Notes: generated by a model from the letters alone, not told the origin. A DNA stretch of 64,000 nt from Spirochaetia bacterium (GCA_965208575.1 CBDBOV010000005.1:864001-928000); one strand, 5' to 3'; positions 20,022 through 29,564 are shown, counted from the stretch's first letter. A program made the numbers and translations.

Positions 20022-20271
20022 CGCCGTCCGTATCGATGTACGCATCGACGGAAGCATCGAGGTCGGCCCGGAAGCGCGCGGCGTCGATGCGCGGCGCGCC
20101 GCGCGCAGCCTCGACAATGACTGCGCGGGGTACGAATCTGCGCTGCGCCACGGGCCTCAATTCGGCGACTGGCGAGCCGTTCCTGGTAATGATCAGGCTC
20201 TGACCGGCCTGCACGTCGCGCAGGACGGCGGCGGACTCGTTGCGGAGCTGGCGCTGCGTGATGCTACGCAT
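20014..20271 (-). CDS. Phd/YefM-family antitoxin
   Basis: ITQRQLRN..ITRNGSPVAELRP; overlaps the vapC start. Confidence 0.88.
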   Translation of the reverse strand: MRSITQRQLRNESAAVLRDVQAGQSLIITRNGSPVAELRPVAQRRFVPRAVIVEAARGAPRIDAARFRADLDASVDAYIDTDGDD

Positions 20272-20276
20272 GAGCT

Positions 20277-20305
20277 AAGGTAGCAATTGTAGCGCAATGT
20301 AGCAA
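20277..20305 (-). promoter_or_regulatory. TA promoter/operator
   Basis: TGcTACCTT-N5-ATG; GTAGC repeated three times across the promoter. Confidence 0.5.
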
Positions 20306-20408
20306 CCATGCCGGCTCGACAAGATCGGTTCAGCGGCGGGCGTCTGGGCGCGTGACCCTGCTGACGACGCCGGCCCCGCTTGGACGGCTCCGGCCGGCGC
20401 GTCCGCCC

Positions 20409-21614
20409 TCAGCCGTCCGCCACCTCGAACGCCGTCACGTTGCGCGTCTCGCGGCTGAACTCCACCCCGATCAGGTGAATCGGCTCGCCCCGGCCCCGGT
20501 ACTTGTCCGCGTACCCGCGTTCCCGCAACTGCGCCAGCGCCGACCCCGGCGGCGCCATCTCCACGACCTTGAACTCGAACAGGTACACGTGGCCGCCGGT
20601 GCGCACCGCCATGTCCAGCCGCCCGTGGCTGCTCGACTCCTCCACCACGATCTCGTACCCCAGCGCCGCGAAGTAGGAGTAGACCACGCTCGCGTAGAAG
20701 CCCTCGTACTCCGCGATGGCGTTATTTGTGTACCACTGGTACGGAATGCTCGCGAAGAAGGCGTGGAACAGACCCTTCAGCGCCGCGCAGTCGTGCGCCT
20801 CCAACAGCCGCGCGAGACGCATGCTGTTGGCCGTCTGCCGCTCCGCGTCCTGCACCAGATGGCGCAGCAGATGCTCGTTCAGGCGCTGGCGTACCTCTCG
20901 GTTCGGATAGCCCAGCCGGTACAGCGCCTTGCCGCCCAACTCTTCCTCCGCCGCGATGGTCAGGTAGCCGGTCTGGAACAGCAGCGCTCCGGTGCCGATA
21001 TTGCCCACGTCGAACGCCGACAGCAGCTACTCCGTGCCCATCACCTGGTCCAGGGACACCGACGCGATCCGGCGTTCGAACAGCGTGTCCACCAGAAACG
21101 CCGGCGTCCCGGTTTCGAACCAGTGCGCCTTGAACTCGCGGCTGTCGAACAGCAACAGCACGTCGTACGGGTTGTACACCTTCTCCGCGCCGCGCCACCG
21201 GTAGCCGTTATACCACTCGCGAATCTGCCCGCGATCCAGCCCGGCAAGCTCCGGCGCAAACACGGTGTCCAGGTCGTCCTCCGTGTACCCGCAGATCCCT
21301 GAATAGCGCCGATCCAGCGTAATGTCCTTGAGGTTGTTCAAGTCGGAAAACAGACTCACCTTGGAGAACTTGCTTACCCCCGTCACGAACGTGAACCTCA
21401 CGTGCGCGTCACGCGCCTTGATCACCCCGTACAGGCCGCGCAGGTAGTCGCGGTTGGCCCGCGCAATCTCCGGCGTCTCCAGCGCATCCAGGATCGGCTT
21501 GTCGTACTCGTCCAGCAGCCGCGCGATGTAGGGCGTCTTGTCCACGTAGTAACAGTCCTCCTCGCGCACCTCGCGGAAGGTCTGCATGCCGATGGGCAGT
21601 CTGCGCCGGGTCAC
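20409..21614 (-). pseudogene. AAA-ATPase-like / PD-(D/E)XK (DUF1703-type) protein, Walker A deleted and frameshifted
   Basis: LPIGMQTF..YYVDKT directly followed by LLDEYDKP; TGVSKFSK, YNPYD, WFETGTP; frameshift near 21028; GRLDM..FEFK nuclease C-terminus. Confidence 0.85.
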
Positions 21615-22099
21615 GCCCCATCTTACCGCGTCGCCCGACGGATTCAAGCGTGTTGACATGATTTCCGTTTTGTGCGGTGATGGAGAAGAGAGCACGGTGA
21701 ACATTATGTTTCCACCCGTCCACCCGTCCAATCACGATAGCTCTAGCGTAGAACCCAGAAACACCGACCGACCCCACGTTGTGCGCCTCGTCCGGCCCAT
21801 ACCCGGGATCGGCGCACCTGCTTTCCGACCTGCGTCAATCCACTCATCAACTCCTGTCGCCGGTGTCCGCCGCCGGCCTTTCCCGTCAATCACATTCGCT
21901 GCGTTGACGACCACCGCCGCACGCGGCGTTCCGGGATCGGGTGCGCGCACGCGTTCAAGGAGGTGCCGTTTGTAGGATGCGGAACTGATCCGGAGCAGTC
22001 GCCTCGCTTTCTGGTCACCTGCGACTGCAGGTACACCTCGAGAGTAGGCGAGGGGCCCGGCTGTGAACTCGGTACTCTCGAATACCAGGAGTCAAACAA

Positions 22100-23911
22100 A
22101 TGCATGACGTAATGCGAACATGTCTGGCCGTGCTTTGTGGTCTCGCACTGACTGCAACCGGCCTCGGGGCAAGCCCGGCCGCGGAAGAGGCGCCGGCCGC
22201 GGCGATGGAGAAGGAGATGGTGCTCGACCCCACCACCGGCAAGATGGTGTCGGCGCCGGAGTATGGCGGGACACTCACCTGGGGCGATGCGAACGGGGCT
22301 CCGCACTGTGACCCCCACATCCATGGCTGGGGGCCACGGGCCATCGACGGCGTTGCAGAGAGGCTAGGCATCAGGGACTGGGCAGCAGATAGGAACGAAA
22401 TCAGTTTTACAGACTCCTATACTCCTCTCCGTTTCATCAGAGGGGCGCTGGCGGAAAGCTGGGAGATGGCCGACCCACTGACGTATGTCTACCACATCCG
22501 CGGGGGCGTTCGCTGGCACGACAAGGCGCCGATGAATGGTCGGGAGTTCACTGCCCAGGATGTCGTATACAACCTTCACCGTTATACGGGTTCGGGGAGC
22601 GGCTTCACCGAACCCGGGGCGGCTGGCGCACTCGCTGCGATACCGTTCGAATCGATAACGGCCAGCGACGATTCGACGGTAGTCTTCAAGCTGACGGAGC
22701 CAAAGGTAGACTTGCGGGAAGTTCTCGCCATCAACTGGCATGCCGCTATGTTACCCCCAGAGGTAATCGAGCAGCACGGCGACCTCACGGACTGCGATAA
22801 CATGGTTGGTACCGGGCCCTATATGCTGACTGAATGGGTCGAGAACAGCTCCATGACCTATTCCAAGATTCCTGACTACTGGGGCTTTGACGAAAAATAC
22901 CCGGAGAACCGCTTGCCCTACATCGACCAGATAAACCGGCTGATCATGCCGGAAAAGGAAACACAGCTGGCGGCGCTACGCTCGGGTAGGCTCGATTACA
23001 TCGGTCAGTCTGGCGGGGGTCAGTTGCAGCCGGCCCAGGTAGAGACCCTGCAGCGTACCAACCCCGAAATCGTGGTATATCCGTGGGCTTTTCGGTCGGA
23101 GACCTCTGTTGCATTCAACCTGCGCCAGCCGTCTCCCTTTCAAGACATCAGGGTGCGCAAGGCGATGCAGATGGCCATTGACCTCGAGACCATCAACAAT
23201 ACGTACTTTCGTGGCTTTGCTATGACGAAACCCCAAGGGATCATAGGAGACGGTCTGAAGGGGTTCTACATCCCATTCGAAGAGTGGCCCGAAGAGACCA
23301 GGAAAGTCTTTGCCTATGACCCGGAAGGGGCCGAAGCGTTGCTCGACGAGGCTGGGTATCCGCGCGGTGCGGATGGCATTCGATTCAAGACCGTCGTCAA
23401 CCCCGTGCCCTCATGGGATGTGGGCTATCAAGAAATAGCCGCTGAATACTGGGGTGCGATTGGCGTTGATGTAGAGGTCAGGATAACAACCGAGATCCCT
23501 CGACTGATGGCGCTGGTAACCGAAGGTACTTATGAAGGAATGGCCTATATGGATATCGGCAACGACGGCTCGATTCAATGGCTAATGAGCGTGCTTGAAA
23601 TCGGAGCGCAATGGGGCCGTACCGGACACCAGGACCCCGTGATGGACGCCATGGCGAAAGCCGCGATGGCCGCTATCACGCTCGAGGAGCAGCAACGGCT
23701 GGTGGCGGAGGCAGATATGTACTCGATCCAGCAGCATTGGTTCATATGGGGTCCTAAAGTTCCCCAGTTTGAGGCGGCGCAGCCGTGGGTGATAGGTTTT
23801 AACGGTGAAATCTGGTATACCACACATGCGCCTTTCGAGCGCCTGTGGATCGATAGTGCGCTGAAGAGTGACGTGGACCCGATAGGTTGGACAGTGGATG
23901 GGATATTGTAG
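22100..23911 (+). CDS. ABC transporter substrate-binding protein, family 5 (C-terminus altered by IS3)
   Basis: Signal peptide, APEYGG, LAESWE, VGTGPY, DIRVRKAM; AGGAG RBS. Confidence 0.92.
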   Translation: MHDVMRTCLAVLCGLALTATGLGASPAAEEAPAAAMEKEMVLDPTTGKMVSAPEYGGTLTWGDANGAPHCDPHIHGWGPRAIDGVAERLGIRDWAADRNEISFTDSYTPLRFIRGALAESWEMADPLTYVYHIRGGVRWHDKAPMNGREFTAQDVVYNLHRYTGSGSGFTEPGAAGALAAIPFESITASDDSTVVFKLTEPKVDLREVLAINWHAAMLPPEVIEQHGDLTDCDNMVGTGPYMLTEWVENSSMTYSKIPDYWGFDEKYPENRLPYIDQINRLIMPEKETQLAALRSGRLDYIGQSGGGQLQPAQVETLQRTNPEIVVYPWAFRSETSVAFNLRQPSPFQDIRVRKAMQMAIDLETINNTYFRGFAMTKPQGIIGDGLKGFYIPFEEWPEETRKVFAYDPEGAEALLDEAGYPRGADGIRFKTVVNPVPSWDVGYQEIAAEYWGAIGVDVEVRITTEIPRLMALVTEGTYEGMAYMDIGNDGSIQWLMSVLEIGAQWGRTGHQDPVMDAMAKAAMAAITLEEQQRLVAEADMYSIQQHWFIWGPKVPQFEAAQPWVIGFNGEIWYTTHAPFERLWIDSALKSDVDPIGWTVDGIL

Positions 23912-24098
23912 AGTGCATCTCGTTCGTTGTCAACCCACCCTCCTGGTCGAGATGATCAGGCGGCGGTAATGGGGGTGGGGTCCGGGGAGGGGGTGAGCGA
24001 GCCTGTGGATATGTGGATACTTCGTCCCCACTGCTCGCGCTCCCGTTGGTCCTCGGATGCCCTTGCACCCCATGCCAACCGCCTGCCGTTCCTGTTCG

Positions 24099-24935
24099 CT
24101 ACGCCACCTCCTGCTGTTGTTCCGCCACCCCGTCGCGGTACGCTTCCGCGGGCGTACGCCCGCCGAGCGCCGAGTGTGGTCGGGTCTCGTTGTAGAATGC
24201 CATCCACCCGTCGATCACCCGCTGCGCCTCGAAGCCATCCTCCAAATCGTGCAGGTATACCGACTCGTACTTCAGCGAGCGCCACAACCGTTCGATGAAT
24301 ACGTTATCCAGACAACGACCGCGCCCGTCCATCGAGCACCGTATCCCGGTCGCCTCCAACTGGCCGGTGAACGCGATGCTGGTGAACTGGCTGCCCTGAT
24401 CGGTGTTGAAGATCTCGGGAATGCCGAAGTCTTCCAGAGCGTCCGCCAACGCCTCCAGGCAGAAGGAGGTGTCCATCGTGTTGGACAGCCGCCAGGCCAA
24501 CACCCGCCGGCTCGCCCAGTCCATGATCGCCACCAGGTACAGAAATCCTCCCTGCACCGGGATGTAGGTCAAGTCCGCGCACCACACCTGGTTCGGGCGC
24601 TCAATCGTAAGCCCTCGCAGCAGATACGGATACACCCGATGGTCCGGGTGCGCGACGCTGGTGCGTGGCTTGCGGTAGATCGCCTCCAGCCCCAACAGCC
24701 GCATCAGCCGCCGCACCCGGTGCCGACCGACCCGCTTTCCCTCGCGTGCCAGATGGCGCATCATCTGCCGGCTGCCGTAGAACGGACATTCCAGATAAAG
24801 TTCGTCGATGCGGCGCATCAACGCGAGCGTGTCAGCGCTCTCGCCCACCGCTCGGTAGTACAGCGTCGACCGGTTCAGCCCGATCAGGCGGCACTGCCGG
24901 CTGATGCTCAGACGGTCGTGCTCGCGGTCGATCAT
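24099..24935 (-). CDS. IS3 transposase OrfB (rve DDE domain)
   Basis: PFYGSR, WCADLTY, NTDQGSQF, DNVFIERLWRSLKYE, YNETRPHSAL. Confidence 0.95.
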   Translation of the reverse strand: MIDREHDRLSISRQCRLIGLNRSTLYYRAVGESADTLALMRRIDELYLECPFYGSRQMMRHLAREGKRVGRHRVRRLMRLLGLEAIYRKPRTSVAHPDHRVYPYLLRGLTIERPNQVWCADLTYIPVQGGFLYLVAIMDWASRRVLAWRLSNTMDTSFCLEALADALEDFGIPEIFNTDQGSQFTSIAFTGQLEATGIRCSMDGRGRCLDNVFIERLWRSLKYESVYLHDLEDGFEAQRVIDGWMAFYNETRPHSALGGRTPAEAYRDGVAEQQQEVA

Positions 24936-24955
24936 CTCTCGTCGCTCGGCCCGGC

Positions 24956-25240
24956 TCAGCGCCCGAGCCCGCGTGCTAAAAAATCGCGCTCCACGGTCAA
25001 CTCCCCGATCTTGGCATGCAGGTCGTGAATGGTCTCATCGTGCTCCTTCTGCCGCCGGCTCCGGCCGTCGGCGAACAGGTCCCGCAGACCGGTCTGAGCC
25101 TGCCGCTTCCAACTGCTGATCTGGTTCGGATGTATTTCGTGCTTGGCCGCGATCGCCTGGATCGTACGGTCTCCCCGCAGCGCCTCCATCACTACCTTCG
25201 CCTTGAACTCCGCTGTGAACCGACGCCTCTTCGTCGCCAT
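24956..25240 (-). CDS. IS3 transposase OrfA (HTH)
   Basis: RRFTAEFKAKVV..IHPNQISSWK..KIGELTVERDFL; T6 run (likely -1 frameshift site) near 24980. Confidence 0.92.
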   Translation of the reverse strand: MATKRRRFTAEFKAKVVMEALRGDRTIQAIAAKHEIHPNQISSWKRQAQTGLRDLFADGRSRRQKEHDETIHDLHAKIGELTVERDFLARGLGR

Positions 25241-25386
25241 CTTGCTGGCCCTCCTCGTGGCCTTGGATACACTCTACCATACCGTCCGTTTTTCCGGGAC
25301 CAGCTCAGAGCGAAATGGGATTCTGAATCAGTCGCCCCTTGGGCGGTTGAAATGGCGGCAGCGCTGCGCGCGGCTGCTCTGAGCTA

Positions 25387-25418
25387 GGGCGCCGGGAGCC
25401 TCGCGCTTCCCGGCGCCC
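25387..25418 (+). terminator. Intergenic stem-loop before the permease
   Basis: GGGCGCCGGGA..TCCCGGCGCCC, 11-bp perfect stem. Confidence 0.6.
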
Positions 25419-25433
25419 ATGTACCACCAAGAT

Positions 25434-26387
25434 ATGAGAGCCTATGTCATCAGGCGCGTATTGCTGGTCATCCCCACCCTGTTCATATTGACCATCGTCG
25501 TCTTTCTCTCGGTCCGCTTCCTCCCGGGCGATGTCATAGACGCCATGGCGGGCGACTTGCAGCACTACATCGGCTTCGACCGTGCTGCTCTCGAGCGTAG
25601 GCTGGGATTGGATGTGCCGGTGCCCGTGCAGTATGGCCGCTGGATAGGGGGTGTTTTCCTGCGCGGCACCCTCGGCGAATCGCTGTGGAGCGATAGCCCG
25701 GTAGAGGAGTTGCTGAGAGGCGGACTGCCGGTAACCCTGGGGCTTGGCTTCCTGACGATCGTCATCGGGCTCGCGATCGCGCTGCCGGTCGGTATCTTCT
25801 CGGCGATTCGCCAGGGTACCGTCACCGACTACGCCGGGCGCTCGGTCGCCATCATCGGCCTGGCAACGCCCAACTTCTGGATTGCGGTCATGGTCTTGCT
25901 CTATCCGGCAATCTGGTGGGGCTGGTCGCCGCCGTTACAGTGGGTTCCGTTTACCGAAGACCCGCTGGGAAACCTCGGGGTGCTGATCATTCCCAGTCTG
26001 ATTCTGGGGACCTACCTGTCGGCCAGCACCATGCGGATGATCCGCACCACGATGCTGGAGGTGCTGCGGCAGGATTACGTGCGGACGGCCTGGTCGAAAG
26101 GGTTGCGGGAGCGGATCGTCGTGCTGCGCCATGCGGTCAAGAATGCCCTGATCCCGGTGGTTTCGCTGATCGGCCTGCAGTTGCCGATCCTGGTTGGCGG
26201 GTCGGTGATCATCGAGAACATATTCAACCTGCCGGGCGTAGGCCGGCTTATGGTAGATGCGCTGGGACGCAGAGACTACCCGGTGGTCTCGGGCGTGAAC
26301 CTGATGTTCGCCACCGGGGTCATGGCGATCAATCTGGCTACCGACCTGATGTATCCCTATCTGGACCCCCGACTCCGTTATGACTGA
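25434..26387 (+). CDS. ABC transporter permease (DppB-like)
   Basis: Close paralog of 1479..2492. Confidence 0.93.
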   Translation: MRAYVIRRVLLVIPTLFILTIVVFLSVRFLPGDVIDAMAGDLQHYIGFDRAALERRLGLDVPVPVQYGRWIGGVFLRGTLGESLWSDSPVEELLRGGLPVTLGLGFLTIVIGLAIALPVGIFSAIRQGTVTDYAGRSVAIIGLATPNFWIAVMVLLYPAIWWGWSPPLQWVPFTEDPLGNLGVLIIPSLILGTYLSASTMRMIRTTMLEVLRQDYVRTAWSKGLRERIVVLRHAVKNALIPVVSLIGLQLPILVGGSVIIENIFNLPGVGRLMVDALGRRDYPVVSGVNLMFATGVMAINLATDLMYPYLDPRLRYD

Positions 26388-26393
26388 TCCGCT

Positions 26394-27269
26394 ATGAATG
26401 ATAGGCGACGCAGGTTCTTCGTCCGGCTGTGGCGGGAACGGCCGGTGGGAGCTGTCGGCGGGATTATCGTAGTGATATTGATTCTGGTGAGCATCTTTGC
26501 CGATGTTCTGGCGCCGTATCGCCCACGGGAGATAAACCTGCCGGACATCTTGCAGGGCCCGTCAGCCGCTCATCTCCTGGGCGCCGACCACCTGGGGCGC
26601 GACGTGCTGAGCCGCCTCATTCACGGGGCGCGGATCTCGATGTTCGTCGGGTTCGCCGCGACCACCCTCAACGTTGTCGTGGCCGGGCTGATCGGCGGCA
26701 CGTCGGGCTTCCTGGGCGGCAAGTTGGATCTGGTGGTGCAGCGGTTCGTCGATGCCTGGATGTCGTTCCCGGGACTGCTGCTGCTGTTGACGGTGATGTC
26801 GATAACGGGGCGGGGGATCGTGCAGCTCATCGTGGTGCTGGGCGTCGTAGGCGGCATCCCCGCCTCACGCGTGGTGCGCGGGGCTGTTATCGGGGTCAAG
26901 GAGAATGCCTACTTTCAGGCCGCGGAGGTGATCGGTTCGGCGACGTGGAAGACGCTGGTGCGCCACGTGCTGCCCAATATCGCGGCTCCGATAATCGTCA
27001 TCTTCAGCATCAACATCGGGGCGGTGATCATCACCGAGGCGTCTCTGAGCTTCCTCGGCTTCGGTCTGCCACTCCAGGTTCCCAGTTGGGGCGGCATGCT
27101 GAGCCGGGAGGGGCGCCAGTACATGGAGATGGCGCCGCGGCTGGCGCTGTGGCCCGGCCTCTGCCTGACCATCGTCGTCTACAGCCTGAACATGTTCGGC
27201 GACGCGGTGCGGGACCTGCTCGACCCGCGGCTGCGCGGCGGCGGGGGTCGTCTCGGGGCCGGATCCTGA
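26394..27269 (+). CDS. ABC transporter permease (DppC-like)
   Basis: Close paralog of 2489..3403. Confidence 0.93.
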   Translation: MNDRRRRFFVRLWRERPVGAVGGIIVVILILVSIFADVLAPYRPREINLPDILQGPSAAHLLGADHLGRDVLSRLIHGARISMFVGFAATTLNVVVAGLIGGTSGFLGGKLDLVVQRFVDAWMSFPGLLLLLTVMSITGRGIVQLIVVLGVVGGIPASRVVRGAVIGVKENAYFQAAEVIGSATWKTLVRHVLPNIAAPIIVIFSINIGAVIITEASLSFLGFGLPLQVPSWGGMLSREGRQYMEMAPRLALWPGLCLTIVVYSLNMFGDAVRDLLDPRLRGGGGRLGAGS

Positions 27270-27329
27270 TGACGAACCTGCAGCACATCGAGAACGAAGG
27301 CAGGCGTATCGAAGGGGAGTACGCGCGCG

Positions 27330-27651
27330 GCTCGGCAAACCGCTGGTCGAGGCGACGCTCGGCTTCCACGCGTTCTTCGGCGTGGCGGTCCATGCGAGCG
27401 GAGGACTCGGCGAACCGCTGGTCCATGCGGACTGACGACTCCGCCATGCGGCGGTCGAACTCTTGGCCGGACCGTTCCAGGGCCGCCGCAAATCGGTCGA
27501 GACGGCGGTCGGTCTCGCGGCGCTGCGCCACCGGATCTTCCGACTCCGGTGGCTCGCCGCTGAGCAACAGCCGGCGTATCCGCGCACACGACTCAGGGTG
27601 CTCTTCGAGCACACGGGTCAGATCCTCGATATCTGCCACCGTGAAGGACAT
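27330..27651 (-). pseudogene. 5' fragment of a coiled-coil repeat protein (about 11-aa repeats)
   Basis: MSFTVADIEDLTRVLEEHPE..RRLLL, then (M/L)DQRFAE repeats; truncated at about 27330. Confidence 0.55.
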
Positions 27652-27720
27652 CGCAACGCGCTCCGAGTCTGCTACTCTACCCGCCCCAGGTGCCGCGGTT
27701 CAACAGCCACGACCAGCGCA

Positions 27721-27766
27721 TGGAGACGCCGGAGATCGCGCGGGACAACCGCGACAACCTGCGCGG
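27721..27766 (+). repeat. 46-bp fragment of the AAA-ATPase-like gene
   Basis: 43/46 identity to the reverse complement of 21436-21481. Confidence 0.85.
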
Positions 27767-27855
27767 GCGAGCGGCGCCTGCCGGTCGACGTGAGGCCGCG
27801 GCGGCGGGATGCAACGGGACCACACGGCGCGGATGACAGCCGCGCTCTGCTCTGC

Positions 27856-27885
27856 GACAATGCGCCCATGGACAATGCGCCCATG
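27856..27885 (+). repeat. Perfect 15-bp tandem duplication GACAATGCGCCCATG
   Basis: Copies at 27856-27870 and 27871-27885. Confidence 0.9.
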
Positions 27886-28048
27886 TTGACCGTGCGCAAG
27901 TTCAATACCGAGGGTCCCGTCGTGGCCGCCGATCACTACCACATCCCGCCGCTGGAGCGGATCGATCTGGACGCGGTGCTCGGCCTGATCCGGGACAAGA
28001 AGTACTTCGTGCTGCACGCGCCGCGGCAGACAGGAAAGACGTCGGCGA
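27883..28048 (+). pseudogene. AAA-like ATPase N-terminal fragment ending at Walker A
   Basis: RKFNTEGPV..HYHIPPLER..KYFVLHAPRQTGKTS, then unrelated sequence. Confidence 0.8.
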
Positions 28049-28063
28049 GCGCCATGGTGCGCG

Positions 28064-29536
28064 TCAGATTCCACACGCCCGCCGACGTCCGGGAGCGGAA
28101 TCGCCTGGGTCAGGCGGGAGGGCGACGTCGGGGAGCGGGAAGCGGTCGCCGGTCGATGCGATCCAGTCGGAGAGCAGGCGGTGGCAGCGTTCCTTCTGCT
28201 CCTGGCAGGCGGCGTCGAACACGTAGTTGGCCTGCTCGTAGGGGTCGTTGGCGGTGTCGAACAGCATCCAGTCGCTGCCGGGGGCGCAGGCGTACTTCCA
28301 GCCGTCGCGGGTGACCACGCCGCGCCACGGCTGGCTGGTGGTGCGCGCGTGCAGCTTGGGCGGGATCTGCTGCAGGTAGGCGCTCCGCGGTTCCGCCTCG
28401 GGTTGTGGGTTTCCGCGGTACTCCGGGGCGTCGGGGCGGATGCATTGGGCGGAGTAGTCGTAGCCGGCCATGCCCTCCGGCGCGGCGATGCCGCACAGTC
28501 CGAGGCTGGTGGGGGCAATGTCGACGTGGTTGAGCGGCGCGTCGCTGACGCCGGTCCGCATGTTGTAGTCGCCGCCGGCGCGGTGCACGATGAACGGTAC
28601 CCGGATCGCCTCCTCCCACGGGGTGGATTTCCCGAACTGTCCGTGGCTGCCCATCATGTCGCCGTGGTCGGAGAAGAACACCACGTAGGTGTCGCGGTCG
28701 ACGCCCATCTCGGTGAGGGCGGTGCGGATGCGGCCGATGTTGTAGTCCAGGTTCTCGATCATGGCGTAGTACCCGGCCAGATCGAACCGCGCTCGCCGTT
28801 CGACGCGGGCGGTGACGGGCACGTTGCGGCGCAGCTCGATGGAGGCGGGATGAATGCGGGAAGCGCCGTGGGGCGGATTGGTGGGCGTCACGTTGGGGCC
28901 GTGCGGCGGCTGCACCGAGAGCACGGCAAAGAACGGCCGGTACTCGGGTCCGGCGGTGGCAGGGGTAAGTCCGCCGGCGCCCTCGCCGCTGCCTGCGGCA
29001 CCGACGTGGCGGCGCAGGTGGGCGATCAGCAGATCGCTCAAGGCGTCGGTCTCGTAGCCGGGCAGCCGTTGCGGCGTCTCGCTGCCAGTGCCGTACACGT
29101 AGCACTCGTGCTGGTTGTTGTTGTTCTCGTAGCCCATCCAGTAGCGGAAGCCGCCGCGCCGCTCCGCCGGCACGTGGTGGGTGGGGAAATTGCCGCCGTC
29201 CAGGTGCCACTTTCCGACGTAAGCGGTGTGGTAACCGGCGGCCTCGAAGGCGTGCGCCACGGTGGGGATCTCCGGCGGCAGCGGTGAGGGAGTGCGCACT
29301 GCGCCGGTCTGATGCGGGTAGCGCCCGGTCAGCAGCGCGGCCCGGAACGGCGTGCACCACGGCGCGCCGGCCACCGCTCCATCGAAGCGCATTCCCTCGC
29401 GTGCCAAGTTGTCGATGTTGGGGGTGAATACGTTCGGGTCGCCGCGGTAGCTGGTGGCGTGCGCGCGGTGCTGGTCGCCGAACACCCACAGCACGTTGGG
29501 CGGGCGAGGGTTGCGTAGCGTCAGCCGGTCGCTCAT
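28064..29536 (-). CDS. Sulfatase (paralog A)
   Basis: GDQHR, CTPFR..LTGRY, GKWHL, QPPH, SDHGDM, DPYEQAN. Confidence 0.92.
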   Translation of the reverse strand: MSDRLTLRNPRPPNVLWVFGDQHRAHATSYRGDPNVFTPNIDNLAREGMRFDGAVAGAPWCTPFRAALLTGRYPHQTGAVRTPSPLPPEIPTVAHAFEAAGYHTAYVGKWHLDGGNFPTHHVPAERRGGFRYWMGYENNNNQHECYVYGTGSETPQRLPGYETDALSDLLIAHLRRHVGAAGSGEGAGGLTPATAGPEYRPFFAVLSVQPPHGPNVTPTNPPHGASRIHPASIELRRNVPVTARVERRARFDLAGYYAMIENLDYNIGRIRTALTEMGVDRDTYVVFFSDHGDMMGSHGQFGKSTPWEEAIRVPFIVHRAGGDYNMRTGVSDAPLNHVDIAPTSLGLCGIAAPEGMAGYDYSAQCIRPDAPEYRGNPQPEAEPRSAYLQQIPPKLHARTTSQPWRGVVTRDGWKYACAPGSDWMLFDTANDPYEQANYVFDAACQEQKERCHRLLSDWIASTGDRFPLPDVALPPDPGDSAPGRRRACGI

Positions 29537-29564
29537 GAGCCAGGTCTTGCCCGCTGGCGGGCCG

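Larger units (their letters stand above)
23869..25307 (-). mobile_element. IS3-family insertion sequence (1439 bp)
   Basis: TG..CA ends; IRs TGACGTGGACCCG..GGACAGT / TGAGCTGGTCCCG..GGACGGT; 3-bp TSD GAG at 23866-23868 and 25308-25310. Confidence 0.9.

Noticed and set aside
21620-22099. Known riboswitch (cobalamin, TPP, SAM, FMN) or tRNA
   Set aside because: No recognisable consensus by eye; kept only as an unknown structured leader
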